A DNA stretch of 64,000 bases, taken from contig OX597826.1 in assembly GCA_951406725.2 (NCBI GenBank), positions 11,780,001-11,844,000 of the forward strand, written 5' to 3'. Of this stretch, positions 1-12,928 are shown one piece after another; the first letter of the stretch is position 1; each line of letters starts with the position of its first letter. Position numbers and translations under genes: made by a program. The notes beneath the pieces are model-generated. The model was not told the origin of the DNA and did no database searches. It saw nothing but the letters and a program-made list of their open reading frames with translations. Source of the DNA: Octopus vulgaris. Taxonomy: Eukaryota.

Positions 1-196
1 TTGGTCTGGAATGGCATTGGTTTGTTATAATTTTAGTTTCTGTTAATCTTAGTAATTATGCTGCCATTGGTTCTTACAATATTTTACCTTAATTGCACTC
101 ATCACATTGGCATGTAATCACATTGATAATTATTCATCATGTAATTAATGAATGAATTTTGTAAGTTTTTATATTTTATTATTTCTTCCCAAACAG

Positions 197-272
197 TTGG
201 CATCAATGGGTTTGAACATAGTTTTAATAAGTAGAACTCCAGAAAAACTAGCTGCTGTTGCCAAAGAAATTG
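197..272 (+). CDS. HSD17B12: HSD17B12-like 3-oxoacyl-CoA reductase, internal exon (LASMGLNIVLISRTPEKLAAVAKEI)
   Basis: cag| acceptor and |gt donor. Translation matches the Rossmann-fold segment LxxxGxNxVLISR of SDR/KAR enzymes. Earlier exons lie upstream of the window. Confidence 0.9.
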
Positions 273-1650
273 GTAAATATATCTTTTTAAATGTTATTTA
301 AAGAGCATTTTGTAAGTAATATACAAAATTAATGTTGCTATCTGAACTAAGTAAAAACTAATATCTTTATGTTCCTTCTGTTTTTAATCTTGGTTATCAT
401 TATTATTAACTATGTCAACAGTATTTGTTGTAGCTTTTGCAAATTGATCGAGGAAGATAAAATAGTAATTAGTAAACTTAGTTGGTCCAAAGCCTACCAA
501 GAAATTGGTTTCTATGGTCGGATGCCCTTCCTAACACCAACCACTTCACAATGTGTGCTGGGTGCTTTTAACGTGAAACCAGCACGAGCACTTCTACACG
601 GCACTGGCACAACTGCTTTTTATGTGACACCAGTGCAGGGGTCTTGCAGGCCAATCCTTTTCGTCAGGGGAAGTGGCCCTAACACTTCTGTAATTTGTGT
701 AAAATTTTCCTACAAGTGGCTACGAAGTATCAGTCTTACTAGCTGTTTTGGTGCATGTCATTCTGGTCATTCTTGTGTTACAATATGTTTTGTGACATCT
801 ACCACCATGTCTCAAAAATAAATTCTTTAAATGTTGCCGGTCATATGAATTACCATGCTGTTATCTTCTTCTTCCAATCAGAACTCACACCATTAGCCAC
901 AAAAAATAATCTCTCATTCGAGCCTACTCTAAGCTACTAAGAATACATATGGCAACTTGAAGATCCACCCACCACAAGCAATAGACTGGTGGTTGCACGG
1001 GCGCGAAAGCTACGTTGTTATCCTCATTCTGTAAACATGGGCTTTTTAACGGGTGGAGAGCTGAACCATCCTGGGGTACAGAGGATTCGCAATCTAGACT
1101 AGGGTCTGAAAGTTTACCACGTCATAGTGGGTTACACCATGGTTCCTCTGCTTTGTGGCAGAAGTAGGATGTAAGAGTGAGAGAAAGTTGTGGTGAAAGA
1201 GTACAGCGAGGTCCCCACCCCCCGCCGGAGCCTCGAGGAGCTTAGGTGTTTTTGCTCAGTAAACACTCACAATGCCCTGTCTGGGAATCGAAACCACGTT
1301 CTTACGACCACGAGTTCACTGTCCTAACCACTGGGCCATTGCACTTCCACTCCATGCTGTTGTTGTGTAACCTCTGGCCAAGCATGGTTGAACAACCTGT
1401 GCGTAAATGTGATCCAGCCATGACCATCTCACCAGTTTAAGGATGTCTAAGCACTTCATTATCTTTTGTATCTTTTTCCTATTTATGACATGATTTCTGA
1501 TAGATCTGGCTGCTATTTCTAGTTATTCAAGTGACCACTTAGAAACCCGTTGCATTGACTGTGGATTGCTATTATATTGTATTAAACAAATTTTTCCGTA
1601 TTTCTTTTATTTCTATACTTCATTGTATTTTCATTTTTTATATATTTCAG

Positions 1651-1761
1651 AGACGACTTATAAAGTTGAAACCAAAACAATTACTATGGATTTTTCTGAT
1701 AGAAAATTAAATTATGGTGAAATAAAATCAGTATTAAAGGATATGAAAATCTCTACTTTGG
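1651..1761 (+). CDS. HSD17B12: HSD17B12-like exon (ETTYKVETKTITMDFSDRKLNYGEIKSVLKDMKISTL)
   Basis: ttcag|...|gtaat, phase 1-1, continues the previous exon in frame; KVETKTIxxDF motif. Confidence 0.9.
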
Positions 1762-1820
1762 GTAATATTATCACTTTTTTTATCTTTCATTACTCTCACT
1801 AGAACAGTCTTTTGACTCTT

Positions 1821-2047
1821 TACTCTCTTTTACTCTTTTACTTGTTTCAGTCATTTGACTGTGGCCATGCTGGAGCACCGCCTTTAGTCGACCAAATTGA
1901 TTTATTCTTTATATAAGGCTAGTACTTATTCTATCAGTCCCTTTTGCCTAACCACTAAGTTATGGGGACGTAAACACACCAGCATCGGTTGTCAAGCGAT
2001 GTTTTGGGGACAAACACAGACACACACACACACATATATATATATGT

Positions 2048-2092
<45 letters not shown>

Positions 2093-2254
2093 GACGGACT
2101 TCTTTCAGTTTCCGTCTACCAAATCCGCTCACAAGGCTTTGGTCGGCCCGAGGCTATAGTAGTAGACACTTGCCCGAGGTGCCACGCAGTGGGACTGAAC
2201 CCGGAACCATGTGGTTGGTAAGCAAGCTACTTACCACACATCCACTCCTGCGCC
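1821..2254 (-). mobile_element. tRNA-derived SINE family A with a central (TA)/(CA) microsatellite (also ~6856, 14688, 23192, 35411, 56925, 63170)
   Basis: Head ggcgcaggagtgg.tgtgtggtaag...gggttcagtccc (A/B boxes), CORE-like cc.tgggcaagtgtctt, tail ...gactgaaacaagtaaaagagtaaaagag. Confidence 0.85.
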
Positions 2255-3577
2255 TGTCTACTATTAAAGTGGTTGGATGTTTGTTTGAGACTTGAGTTCA
2301 GGCCAAATAATTAGGATTCTTTTGTAATCATGAGGACTTTTACAAATCAAAAGCCTTTCTAGTGTTGATGGTGTGATAAAATGCACCCAGCTCATAGGGC
2401 AAAGTGTTTAGTGATAGGGAGAGCATCCAGGTGCAGGAGTGGCTGTATGGTAAGAAGCTTGCCTCCCAGCCACATGGTTCTGGGTTCAGTCCCACTGCGT
2501 AGCACTTTGGCCAAGTGTCTTCTACTATAGCCTCAGGCCGACTGAAGCCTTGGATTTCATAGACAGAAACTGAAAGAAGCCTGTCCTGTGTGTGTGTACT
2601 GGGCACATTTTATGATGACACCAATTATATTTCATGCTATAAGAATATTGGTTGACTTGTGATTTACTTTATGCAGTTCTGTTGTTCATAAGATACAGTG
2701 ACTGTTTTGGTTATACTTCAACAGAAGTGAAAGATCCTTGTATTATGAGAATGTTTATAGTCTGTAAGAATTCTGTTTTCATTTTTCTTTTTTCTTAAGA
2801 TAAAAGAACTTTATTTTATTCGAACATGTATATTGGGCCTTATGAAGGCAAAGTGGTTGAGTTCCTTTCTAGTGTTGGGCCTCACAGAGGCAATGACCAA
2901 GACCTTTGACATTATGTTGTGCTTGAGAGAAAGACCCATCAAACCGAGCAAAATCAGTTGTGGCAGATACCGGTGTCACACAAATGGCACCTGTGCCGGT
3001 GGCATGTAAGAGCACCTGTTACACTCTCGGAGTGGTTGGCATTAGGAAGGGCATCCAGGCCTAGAAAACCATGCCAAACCATACTGGCGCCTGGTGCAGC
3101 CTTCCAGTGTGCCAGCCCAGTCAAACCGTCCAACTCATGCCAGCATGGACAAGGGATATTAAATAATGATGATAAAGAATTATATAAATAACAAACCCTG
3201 TCTAAATAAATAAATAAATAATTTTATTTTATGTATATATTGTTTTTGTACATGTTAATTTTTCTCTCCTTATAGTAAAGAAATTTTAAGACTTAATAAA
3301 AGAACAGTCGCAGAACATTTACTGGTAGAAGTCTCAGGATTAAAAACAGAGTAAAAACTTATTATAAAATTAGTTTTGATTGTGATGTCAAGTTTTACTT
3401 AATTAACTTGATTGAATAAGCTATTGAGCAAATATTTCAAGTTAAAATTTATTTTATAATTAATTTTTTGTGCAAGCTTTTATACTTTTTTCCAGTGGAT
3501 TTTTTACACTCTTTTTTTCTCAGTTCTACATTAGGTTGTTTGGTTGTACAAAGTTGCATACTTTACATTAATTGCTA

Positions 3578-3892
3578 CGGCACGTAAAAAGCACCATCCG
3601 AATCGTGGCTGAAGCCAGTGCCGCCTCGACTGGCTTCCGTGCAGGTGGCACGTAAAATGCACCAATCCGACCGTGGCCGTTGCCAGCCTCGCCTGGCACC
3701 TGTGCGGGTGGTACGTAAAAAGCACCCACTACACTCACGGAGTGGTTGGCGTTAGGAAGGGCATCCAGCTGTAGAAACATTGCTAGATAAGACTGGAGCC
3801 TGGTGCAGCCTTCTGGCTTCCCAGATCCCCGGTCGAACCGTCCAACCCATGCTAGCATGGAGAACGGACGTTAAACGATGATGATGATGATG
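3578..3892 (+). mobile_element. RTE 3'-UTR fragment (other copies at ~2960, 4866, 7255, 11088, 15609(-), 16330)
   Basis: Near-identical to 20780-21087, including the ggcacgtaaaaagcacc repeats and the (GAT)n tail. Confidence 0.85.
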
Positions 3893-4157
3893 TTCTGTGC
3901 TGCTGAATGATAATGGTATGGCATCAGTGTATTTTAGGTTTAGTTAGGATGAAGTTGGAATGAATTAGTTTGTCTTTGACTTTGAATCTGTGATCTTTGG
4001 GTCAGTAATACAACACCATAACTACCCTTTAGCATTTCCCAAAATTCCATTAAGATGCTTTCTTCTATGATTAATTTTTTTGAAATTCAATCCTTCGCCT
4101 CCTGACATGTTGTGACGATCTCTAATTGAATTTATTTTATTTGTTTTTCTCCCATAG

Positions 4158-4222
4158 TGAACAATGTGGGAATTTCTTACCAATACCCTGAATATCTTCT
4201 AGACATTCCAGACAGAGAAAAG
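4158..4222 (+). CDS. HSD17B12: HSD17B12-like exon (VNNVGISYQYPEYLLDIPDREK)
   Basis: catag|...|gttat; carries the NNVG motif and the YPEY signature of the 17beta-HSD3/12 group. Confidence 0.93.
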
Positions 4223-5106
4223 GTTATCATTTTTATTGTTATTATTGTTATTATTCATGTTCTTATTGTTAGTGAGAGCAGTGGGCTAGAAATTCAGTTT
4301 TTTCTTCATTCTTATTTGTAATCATTTCATTTCCCTTCAGTCATTGATCTTTGTTTGGTAAAGGCCAAACTGTTTAAACACCCATTTTTCACTGAAGGGG
4401 AATAAAAGCCTTCTTGCCCACATTAAGAAATATTCTGGCAGAATCATTAATGCTGCAGTCAAATTGCTCAGCGGCATCTGTTCCAGCTTTTTTAAGGTTT
4501 CAAGTTCAAATACTGTTCGGGTCACCTTTGCTTTTATTTTGGGCTTGATTAAATAAAATACTTGTCCAGTATTGGAGTTGATGCAATTGAACTTGTCCTT
4601 TGAGTGTGGGGGGAGCTTGTCCCAGAATTTGAAACCATAATTATTAAGGTGGTGAGCTGACAGAATTGTTAGCATGCTGGGCAAAATGCTTAGTGGTATT
4701 TTGTCTGTCTTTACGTTCTGAGTTCAAATTCCGCCAAGGTTGACTTTGCCTTTCATCCTTTCGGGGTCAATAAAAACAAGTACCTGTTGGACTCTGGGAT
4801 CGATGTAATTGACTTGTCTCCTCCTCCAAATTTCAGGCCTTGTGCTTATACTAGAAAGGATTATTCACGTAAAAAGAACCATCCGTCCGTGGCCATTTGC
4901 CAGCTCCGTCTGGCACCTGTGCGGGTGGCACGTAAAAAGCACCCACTACACTCTCGGAGTGGTTGGCGTTAGGAAGGGCATCCAGCCGTAGAAATACTGC
5001 CAAATCAGACTGGGCCTGATGCAGCCTTCTGGCTTCACAGACCCCAGTTGAACCGTCCAACCCATGCTAGCATGGAAAGAGACGCTAAATGATGATGATG
5101 ATGATG

Positions 5107-5153
<47 letters not shown>

Positions 5154-5754
5154 TAAGGCAGTGAGCTGGCAGAATCGTTAGCATGCTGAATGAAATGCTT
5201 GACGGTATTTCACCTGTCACTACATTCTGAGTTGAAATTCCGCCAAGTTTGAATTTCCTTTCATCTTTTGTGAGGTCGATAAAATAAGTACCAGTTGTGT
5301 ACTGGAGTTGATGTAATCGAATCATCCCCTCCCCCAAATTTCAGGACTTGTGCCTATAGTAGAAAGGATTATTATTGTTGTTATCATGAAAAGCTGTGGT
5401 TTTAGCAGACTCCTTAAAGCATTGGAAAAAAAGGGCTTTGTAGTACATTTTGCAGGCTCTTTGTTTTGGTTTCAAATCCTTTGCCTTTTGTCCCTCTGGT
5501 GGGGGTCAATCAAATAAAGTACCAGCCACTTATTGGGGTTGATGGTATCGAACCCAACCTTCCCTCAAAATTACTGGCCAGCTGTCTTTATCAGAATCCA
5601 TAATTATTATCATGTTTATTATTATTATTATTATACACTGATATATTGACAGTAATGACAAAGATAAAAAAAACAGTCTTGAATATCTGTCTATAAGTAT
5701 GTATGTGTGTATTAATTATATTTTTTAACATACTTTCTTTTCTTTTTTTTTTAG

Positions 5755-5799
5755 GCTCTTCTTGATTTAATTTGGATCAATATAATCTCCATGACAATG
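5755..5799 (+). CDS. HSD17B12: HSD17B12-like exon (ALLDLIWINIISMTM)
   Basis: Polypyrimidine tract + ttag|, |gtgagt donor, 45 bp, phase 0-0; contains the conserved helix Asn. Confidence 0.85.
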
Positions 5800-5904
5800 G
5801 TGAGTTCCTATTGTAATATCTATTATACAAAATAGACCTGTGTGTATGTGTATTCGCTTTTCACGTGAAAACGGCTGTGCAAATTAGTTCCATTCTTGCA
5901 TGAA

Positions 5905-6385
5905 TAATTTGACCTCAGATACATAATAGGGTCTTAATTTTAGATTTTTATCAAAAATAAATTATATTGCTTTATAGATATGATTCACTTCTTTAGAAAG
6001 ATTTCTTAATGTCAACTTCCGATATTGACATAGCTCCTACCTAAACAATATTACTGTATTTTAATGTGTATATGAACCCCCTAATTTTTGGGGCTTAAAA
6101 TTTGGGAAAAAGTTTTTGTAAAGGAATATGATACTATCCATGTATAAGAAACTCCCCTATTTTTTTAATCTAATTTTTGACCTCAGATACATAATAGGGT
6201 CTTCATTTTAGATTTTTATCAACAATAAATAATATTGCTTTATAGATATGATTCACTTCTTTAGAAAGGTTTCTTAATGTCAACTTCCGATATTGACATA
6301 GCTACTACCTAAACAATATTACTGTATTTTAATAGGAACCCTACCTAATTTTTTGGGCTTAAAATTTGGGAAAAAGGTTTTGTAA
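5905..6385. repeat. Local direct duplication, period ~268 bp
   Basis: gacctcagatacataatagggtctt starts at 5911 and again at 6179, followed by ~200 bp of near identity. Confidence 0.85.
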
Positions 6386-7779
6386 GTGGTTAAGAGTGCG
6401 GGCTACTAACCCCAAGATTCTGAGTTCGATTCCAAGCAGTGACTTGAATAAAAATAATAACAACAACATCGAAAAATACCTTATGAATGAGAACCCAAGT
6501 TCGAAATTTCCCCTAGACACCTGATGATGGCTGGAGGGTATATCAGCTGAAACGTTGAGTTAACAGCAAACAAGATGAGGACAAATATCCGTCAAATGTA
6601 AATAATGTACGTAATTTCTCATCTCTTAAATATAGAACTGAAATTCTTTGAGGCAAATTTTCTGTAGCTAGGTGCTCTTCTTGTCTCCAACCCGCATCTC
6701 TTTCCATGTAGAGTAATATTTCCTCAAGTTCTTGAACAAGAACAGTGCTTTTTTTTTTAATGATTGTACCCTTTGTTTACAATTAGTGTATGATGTCAAG
6801 ATAAGGATTCAATAACACACCCACACATACTGGTGTGTGTGCATGTGTGTATATATTCTTTTATTCTTTTACTTGTTTCAGTCATTTAACTGCAGCCCTG
6901 GAGCACTGCCTTGAAGAGTTTTAGTCGAACAAATCGACCCCAGGACTTATTTTTTAAGCCTAGTACTTATTCTATCAGTCTCTCTTGCTGAACTACTAAG
7001 TTATGGGTCCATAAACACATCAACACTGGTTTTCAAGCTGTGATGGAGGACAAACACAGACACACACACGATGGGCTTCTTTCAGTTTCAATCTACCTAA
7101 TTCACTCACAAGGCTTTGTTGGGCCCAAGGCTATGGTAGAAGACACTTGCTCATGGTGCCACACGGTGGAACTGAACCCGGAACCATGTGGTTGGGAAGC
7201 AGACTTCTTATCACACAGCCATGCCTACATATTTTTGTTTTTACTTATTTTACTCTGCTTGCGAAGACCTGTTGGGGCAAGTGAAATCGGAATCGAAATT
7301 GAACCAATCCTATGACTGGCACCCAACAGTTGCCAGTGCCGCTGGACTGACTCCTGTGCAGGTGGTAAGTAAAGAAACACCATTTCGACCCTGTGCTTGA
7401 GAAAACCTATTGAGTCAAGTACATCAACATCAATGGAAATTGTAGTTGTGATCCCTGTGCTGGTGGCACGTAAAAAGCACCATCTGAATGTGGCCGATTC
7501 CAACACCGCCTTGACTGACTTCTGTGCCGGTGGCATGTAAAAAGCACCCACTACATTCTCAGAGTGATTGGCATTAGGAAGGTCATCCAGCTGTAGAAAC
7601 ACTGCCGGATCAGACTGGAGCCTGGTGCAGCCATCTGGTTCGCCAGTCCTCAGTCAAACCGTCCAACCCATGCTAACATGGAAAGCGGACGTTAAACGAT
7701 GATGATGATGATGAAGCTTTATATTTGGAAGATTAATGTGAATACCAAAGAGTTAAACACCTTATCTCATTATTTTCAG

Positions 7780-7896
7780 ATGACAAGTATTGTGTTGCCT
7801 AATATGGTTGAAAAAGGTGGTGGTGTGATCATCAATGTAGGATCTGCTTCTGGGGATATGACCTGTCCCCTTTTAACAGCTTATTCTGCTTGCAAG
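7780..7896 (+). CDS. HSD17B12: HSD17B12-like exon with catalytic Ser and YxxxK (MTSIVLPNMVEKGGGVIINVGSASGDMTCPLLTAYSACK)
   Basis: ttcag|...|gttggt; SDR catalytic motif YSACK. Confidence 0.95.
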
Positions 7897-8399
7897 GTTG
7901 GTAAGCTTTTTGTATTTAAATAAACACACAACCTAAGAACTTGGTTTGCTGTTTGTAGAAGTTTCATTAATCATTTCATTTCTTTGTTCTTTAAAGCAAT
8001 AATGTTCATTGAAGACATTTCAAACGTTCCTTTTCATTGCATTTTGATCCTCTGATGCTCCTAATTATCCTGATCAGGCAGACCTCTGATCAAAGGTGGT
8101 TCAGCCATAACTGTATCTTTTAATTTTTATGGTTTTTTTCAGGAGTCTCTAGGACTACACCCTGTGAATCCTTTTAAAAGCGGGGCATGTGATCTGATAG
8201 AAATTCAGTTGCAAATTCTATCAGTTTGCATAGCCGTATTAAAGTTCTCCTTTTGGCTGTTCCATTATTTACACAGAAACCTAGAACATGCTGTCGAATT
8301 TACTCCAAACCCACACTTGCCATTTTTGTTCAAAAATAATTATTGCTTTTATCCTAGTGATTAGATATTGTTTTTCTAGTTTCCTTATTTTTTTTTTAA

Positions 8400-9000
8400 T
8401 TGGTGTATACTCAAGGAGCGGGCTGCAACCATGGCTTTCATAGATTGGTGTCTTCAACATTTTCACTTGCATAGTATCAAATTGATGCAGAGAAAAGATA
8501 CGTGGAGTTAAGAAATTCCAGAAGACCAAAGTTCTAAATGGGTAGCTGGTTGTAGGGGCCAGTTTAGAGCCAGACATGATTAGGCACACTGTATGTAATG
8601 AGAGGAGAAGCGTGAGCCAGGAGTTGCTGACCAACCAACTCTGGGGAGCATAGGCCATTATGCTAATGGTAGAAAAGGCAGACAGAGCTGAGAATATGTC
8701 TGTGGGCTCCGGTTTGCAGTAGGTTGGTGAGCAACTTCGTGCTTTTATTTTGATATGCTGTAGAATATGAGTGTGACTATAGCCACAGTGCTATTAGGTT
8801 TCAGCTGAGCTGATAGCTGCTAAGTGCTGCAAGAATGTTTATTATTGAAGATTAATGCCAATCTTTGAGGCACAGTATTTGCTTCGTTGAGGCTTGGTGC
8901 ATGCCCTTAAGGTAATTGCACAGTTAAGTAAGCTTCAGTATTCATATGTGCTGGCTTAAGTTATTGTATTCCATATTTGGCACCCTACTTGCAGACTTAA
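8400..9000 (-). mobile_element. Old CR1/Jockey-group LINE 3' remnant
   Basis: Broken frames read RVPNMEY, CLFYH.HNGLCSPEL and PFRTLVFWNFL, resembling RT C-terminal motifs (RPxLEY, LFYRY..G.CS.EL, FPRT...WNSLP). Confidence 0.55.
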
Positions 9001-9013
9001 ACTACTGTGGTTA

Positions 9014-9383
9014 TCTCTCTATATATAAACGGTAAAATATCTGTGTGTGTGTGTATCCTTTATACAAATCCACAATTTTTCAGTTAGAGGGCTCACACTT
9101 TCTGTGGTCATTCAAAACCGTCCAAGGGTGGTCGTGCACATCTTTACATTTCCCCAGTCACCCCGTAAAGCCATTAAAAAATCAATAGAAGTGACGTGTT
9201 TTTGTGAATTTTCTATCCAAAACTCAATCAAAATGCCCGAAACTTGATACGCCAATTGAATGCCATCTAGCTGTATGTGATTGGTCAGAGATTTGGACAG
9301 TACTCGCGTGTATGTGTGCACGCATGCAGCTGTATATGCATGCAGTAGCACTATGACTCGGCAACGCTGGGTCATAGTGCTAG
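9014..9383 (+). mobile_element. Non-autonomous Helitron
   Basis: A|TC 5' end, subterminal hairpin tatgactcggc-aac-gctgggtcata, then a CTAG|T 3' end; no TSD. Confidence 0.8.
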
Positions 9384-9565
9384 TCTTCTGTTATATTATT
9401 TTATTGTGTGGATGTCTAACTAAAGAAGTAGATTCTAACGTATTCAGATTCTCTGTTAGGTTAATACTGGTCTTAGAAGGTTCTTTTTTTTGTTTGTTGT
9501 TTGTTATTCTGAAACTCCTATTCTGTGTTGCTTATTTTTATTCTTGTTTTTTTTTTGTTTTTAAG

Positions 9566-9631
9566 GCTTATGTGAAATATTTCTCTGAAGGTCTCAATTC
9601 AGAATATAGTGACAAAGGTGTTGTCACTCAG
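9566..9631 (+). CDS. HSD17B12: HSD17B12-like exon (AYVKYFSEGLNSEYSDKGVVTQ)
   Basis: ttaag|...|gtaac, 66 bp, phase 0-0; FSxxLxxEYxxKG motif. Confidence 0.92.
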
Positions 9632-9722
9632 GTAACAATCCAAGTTTTTTTCTTCTCTAATGATTATTTTTAGCAACTCACCTTTGTACCTTAATAGTTT
9701 CAACGATTAGTCTAGAATTGTG

Positions 9723-10149
9723 GGATCTTTTCGGTTTGAATGGCAGTTTTTAACATAATTTCTAGGTAACTAAACACTTTTAAACTTCGTATACTGGTAG
9801 AATGTGTTTATTAAACATCTTTTTCTCTTGGCTTTATTGAGAAAATTCTATAGTTTGTAAGATATTTGCTGTTTTTTTCCTTCAATTTCTGCAATTTCAA
9901 CCATTCACTGACGTCTATTGAGGTAAAAAACATTCTGTGCCGTATGAATCTGTCCCTCGTTTAAGAAACAGATTGGGTTTATTTATATTTATGAAGAAAA
10001 AAAGATACCCTTCCCCCCACCCCTAACCCTAACTAACCCTAACCTTAAAATAGATTGAAATGCAATAGATCGATACTAGGGTCATAATTATGGCTGACAA
10101 TTTCATATGACACCGCTAGAAAAAACTGCCGTTCAAACCGAAAAGATCC
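9723..10149. mobile_element. MITE with ~29-bp TIRs (GGATCTTTTCGGTTTGAAYGGCAGTTTTT) and 8-bp TSD gaattgtg
   Basis: TIRs and TSD read directly. GG-starting TIR plus 8-bp TSD is compatible with Merlin or hAT. Confidence 0.88.
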
Positions 10150-11051
10150 GAATTGTGGGTGACGTCAATGTTTGTGTAAAAGGTTCTGCTAATTTGTATT
10201 TAGTTTAAGGCAGTGAGCTGGCAGAATCATTAGCACACCAGGCAAAAATGCTTAGAGGCATTTTATCTGTCCTTACATTTTTGAGTTCAAATTTCGCCAG
10301 GGTCATCTTTGTCTTCCATCCTTTCAGGGTCGATAAAATAAGCACCAGTCGAGCACTGGGATCGATGTATTCGACTTACCCCCCACCCCGCCCCTAAAAT
10401 TGCTGGCTTTGTGCCAAAATTCGAAACCCGTATTAAATACTTTCTCCTCATTTCTCTCCCCCTCCTCCTCCCCACCCCGCACACATTTCCATTCCCATAT
10501 TTTCAGTAACTGAACTTATTGTTCTTATTTTCCTTGAATCATCAGATTAGTATAAATAAAAATGTATCGAAGTATTCTAACAATTTAAAACTAATTAAAA
10601 CTAATCAATAGTTGACCTTTAACTCTTCAGCATTTAAACCAGCCATAATATTGTTTCCAAATTTTGGCACAGGGCTAGCGATTTTTTTTGGGGGAGAGGA
10701 GGTAAGGGATCAGCAGCCATAGTTGTCGTAGATGTAAGGGACATAACTGCTTTTATAGCTAATGAGATTATAATATTTTCCCCATTTATAAGAATTTTCG
10801 TTACAATAATTATGTTGAAATACGTCGTGTTTTATTAGTTGATTTTGAAAACAATGATGAACTTTTAAAAGTAATTTTGTCTCTGTTGAAATGGAATTTG
10901 GAACTTTTAACCTGGAATTTTGATAGGTTTTTATTTAGTTGACATTAAACAGAAAATTTGTATCGTAGAATGAAAAATGGTGTCAGGTGGGTTAGCATCA
11001 AACAGGTTAATAAATGATTACTACTGCTCTCTCTCTCTCTCTCTCTCTCTA

Positions 11052-11087
<36 letters not shown>

Positions 11088-11612
11088 GCTTCTGTGCTGG
11101 TGGCACGTAAAAAGCACCATCTGAACGTGGCCGATGCCAGCGCCGCCTTGACTGGCTTCTGTGCCGGTGGCATGTGGAAAGCACCAACCGATTGTGGCCG
11201 CTGCCAGACTCCCCTGGCACCTGTGCCGGTGGCATGTAAAAAGCACCCACTACACTCACGGAGTGGTTGGCGTTAGGAAGGGCATCCAGCTGTACAAACA
11301 CTGCCAGATCAGACTGGAGCCTGGTGCAGCCTTCTGGCTTCCCAGATCCCCAGTCGAACCGTCCAACCCGTGCTAGCACGGAAAATGGACGTTAAACGAT
11401 GATGATATATATATATATATATGTATATATTCATCAAGTATTAAAGATTGTCGTATGGGCAGATTTTCGAAATCCAATGAATCTTTGTACATTTATACAG
11501 TTAGAAAATTTTACAAATATACTTTTTCAAGGAGATATGATAAACCCATCATAATGGGTAATACTACATGTATTTTTTAAAGTGTGATGTAACTCTTTGG
11601 ACTAACAACGTT

Positions 11613-11705
11613 TGCGGCTGATGAGAGCTTTAAGCCATCTTTTATATCAATAATACACTGATGTAATAATGGATTGTTTATAAAGCTTGAAACACGTGTA
11701 CCGTG
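11613..11705 (+). ncRNA. Type-I hammerhead ribozyme motif with extended stem II
   Basis: tgcgg-CTGATGA-gagcttta...taaagctt-GAAA-cacgtg-TA-ccgtg. Confidence 0.72.
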
Positions 11706-11738
11706 ATATCCTTTGTGTTCTGTTTTTAATTTTATTTG

Positions 11739-11777
<39 letters not shown>

Positions 11778-11852
11778 TACAAATCATGCATTTCATTGTT
11801 TAATGATTATATCAAAATACTAAACCTATGTTTTTGAAGTTATTGAATTTAA

Positions 11853-12928
11853 CCCTTTCGTTACTATATTTCTGACCAAAATATGTGTTTCAATTAATTT
11901 CTAACGTAATCATAAATTTAGTCTGGTTTCATTAAACAACTATAACTTTTTTATTTATCAATCTATTAATCTGATTTTTGGAAGATAATTTAATGAAATA
12001 TTCTCAACCAATTCTATACTATAATTTTTGTCACAAAGTGACTCTAATTGCAGGTAGATACAGGTAAATTCAACAAAATATAAAATTATAAAAATTTTGT
12101 TCAAACATCGCTATAGAAAATGGGTTATTAGCTAATATTCAATTGGGTATACAAGAAAATTTTACGATAGAATTTGTTATTCTGGGTAACTTTCTGATAC
12201 AGATAATAATATTTATGGCAAAATAGTCTTAATTTCATTTAAGGTTATGGGAAACCACAAAGTATCCTTTCTTTCGTTTTGTTTACGTTTAGCGTAACGG
12301 TTCGTTTCCGCCGTAATGATTTCAAATAGGCTCATTCGAAAAAGTAAATAGAAATAGTCTAAGGCTTTACCCTTCTGGGAAAGTCTGTGGCTTGGTCCAG
12401 TTTCTTCAGAAAAATCACCGAAAGAAACAGTTTTTAAATTTTCACTCCATTCAGGTGCCAATTCATTTTCTTTATCGCCGTCAGAGATCTCAGATTCACT
12501 GTTTTCACTTTCGGAAAATGAAACATCAGATTCATTATCAAATACCACGTGCTTTTTTTTTCAGTCATAGAGTTAGATTTATGAAGGTCTTCAGTAGAAA
12601 ATCCTTCGAATTCTGACTCGCTGCTTGATATAATGAAATTCGTTTGCATTTTTTGTCAGAATTACAAATTTTGAAAACACAATAGGAACAAATTTCGGAA
12701 AAAAATCTCCCAAAATTCACGGAATTAAAATTACACTTCGATTATTGTACAAAACTGTAGTTGAACTGTTTACGAAGTATAATACGTGTTTTCACAAATG
12801 TACTAAAGAGATTTGCTCTGATATTCTCATTTAAATATGAATAGGTAAATTCGGGCGGCTTTGGGCGGTTTGGTCACATTAACCAAAATTTTTTTCGGGC
12901 GGCTTTGGGCGGTTTGGTAACGAAAGGG
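11853..12928 (-). mobile_element. Internally deleted piggyBac element
   Basis: TTAA|CCCTTTCGTTAC...GTAACGAAAGGG|TTAA. Residual transposase N-terminus (LDYFYLLF...IITAETNRYA...W.P.T..EIK) in ORF 12213-12548. Subterminal direct repeat ttcgggcggctttgggcggtttggt occurs twice. Confidence 0.9.
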
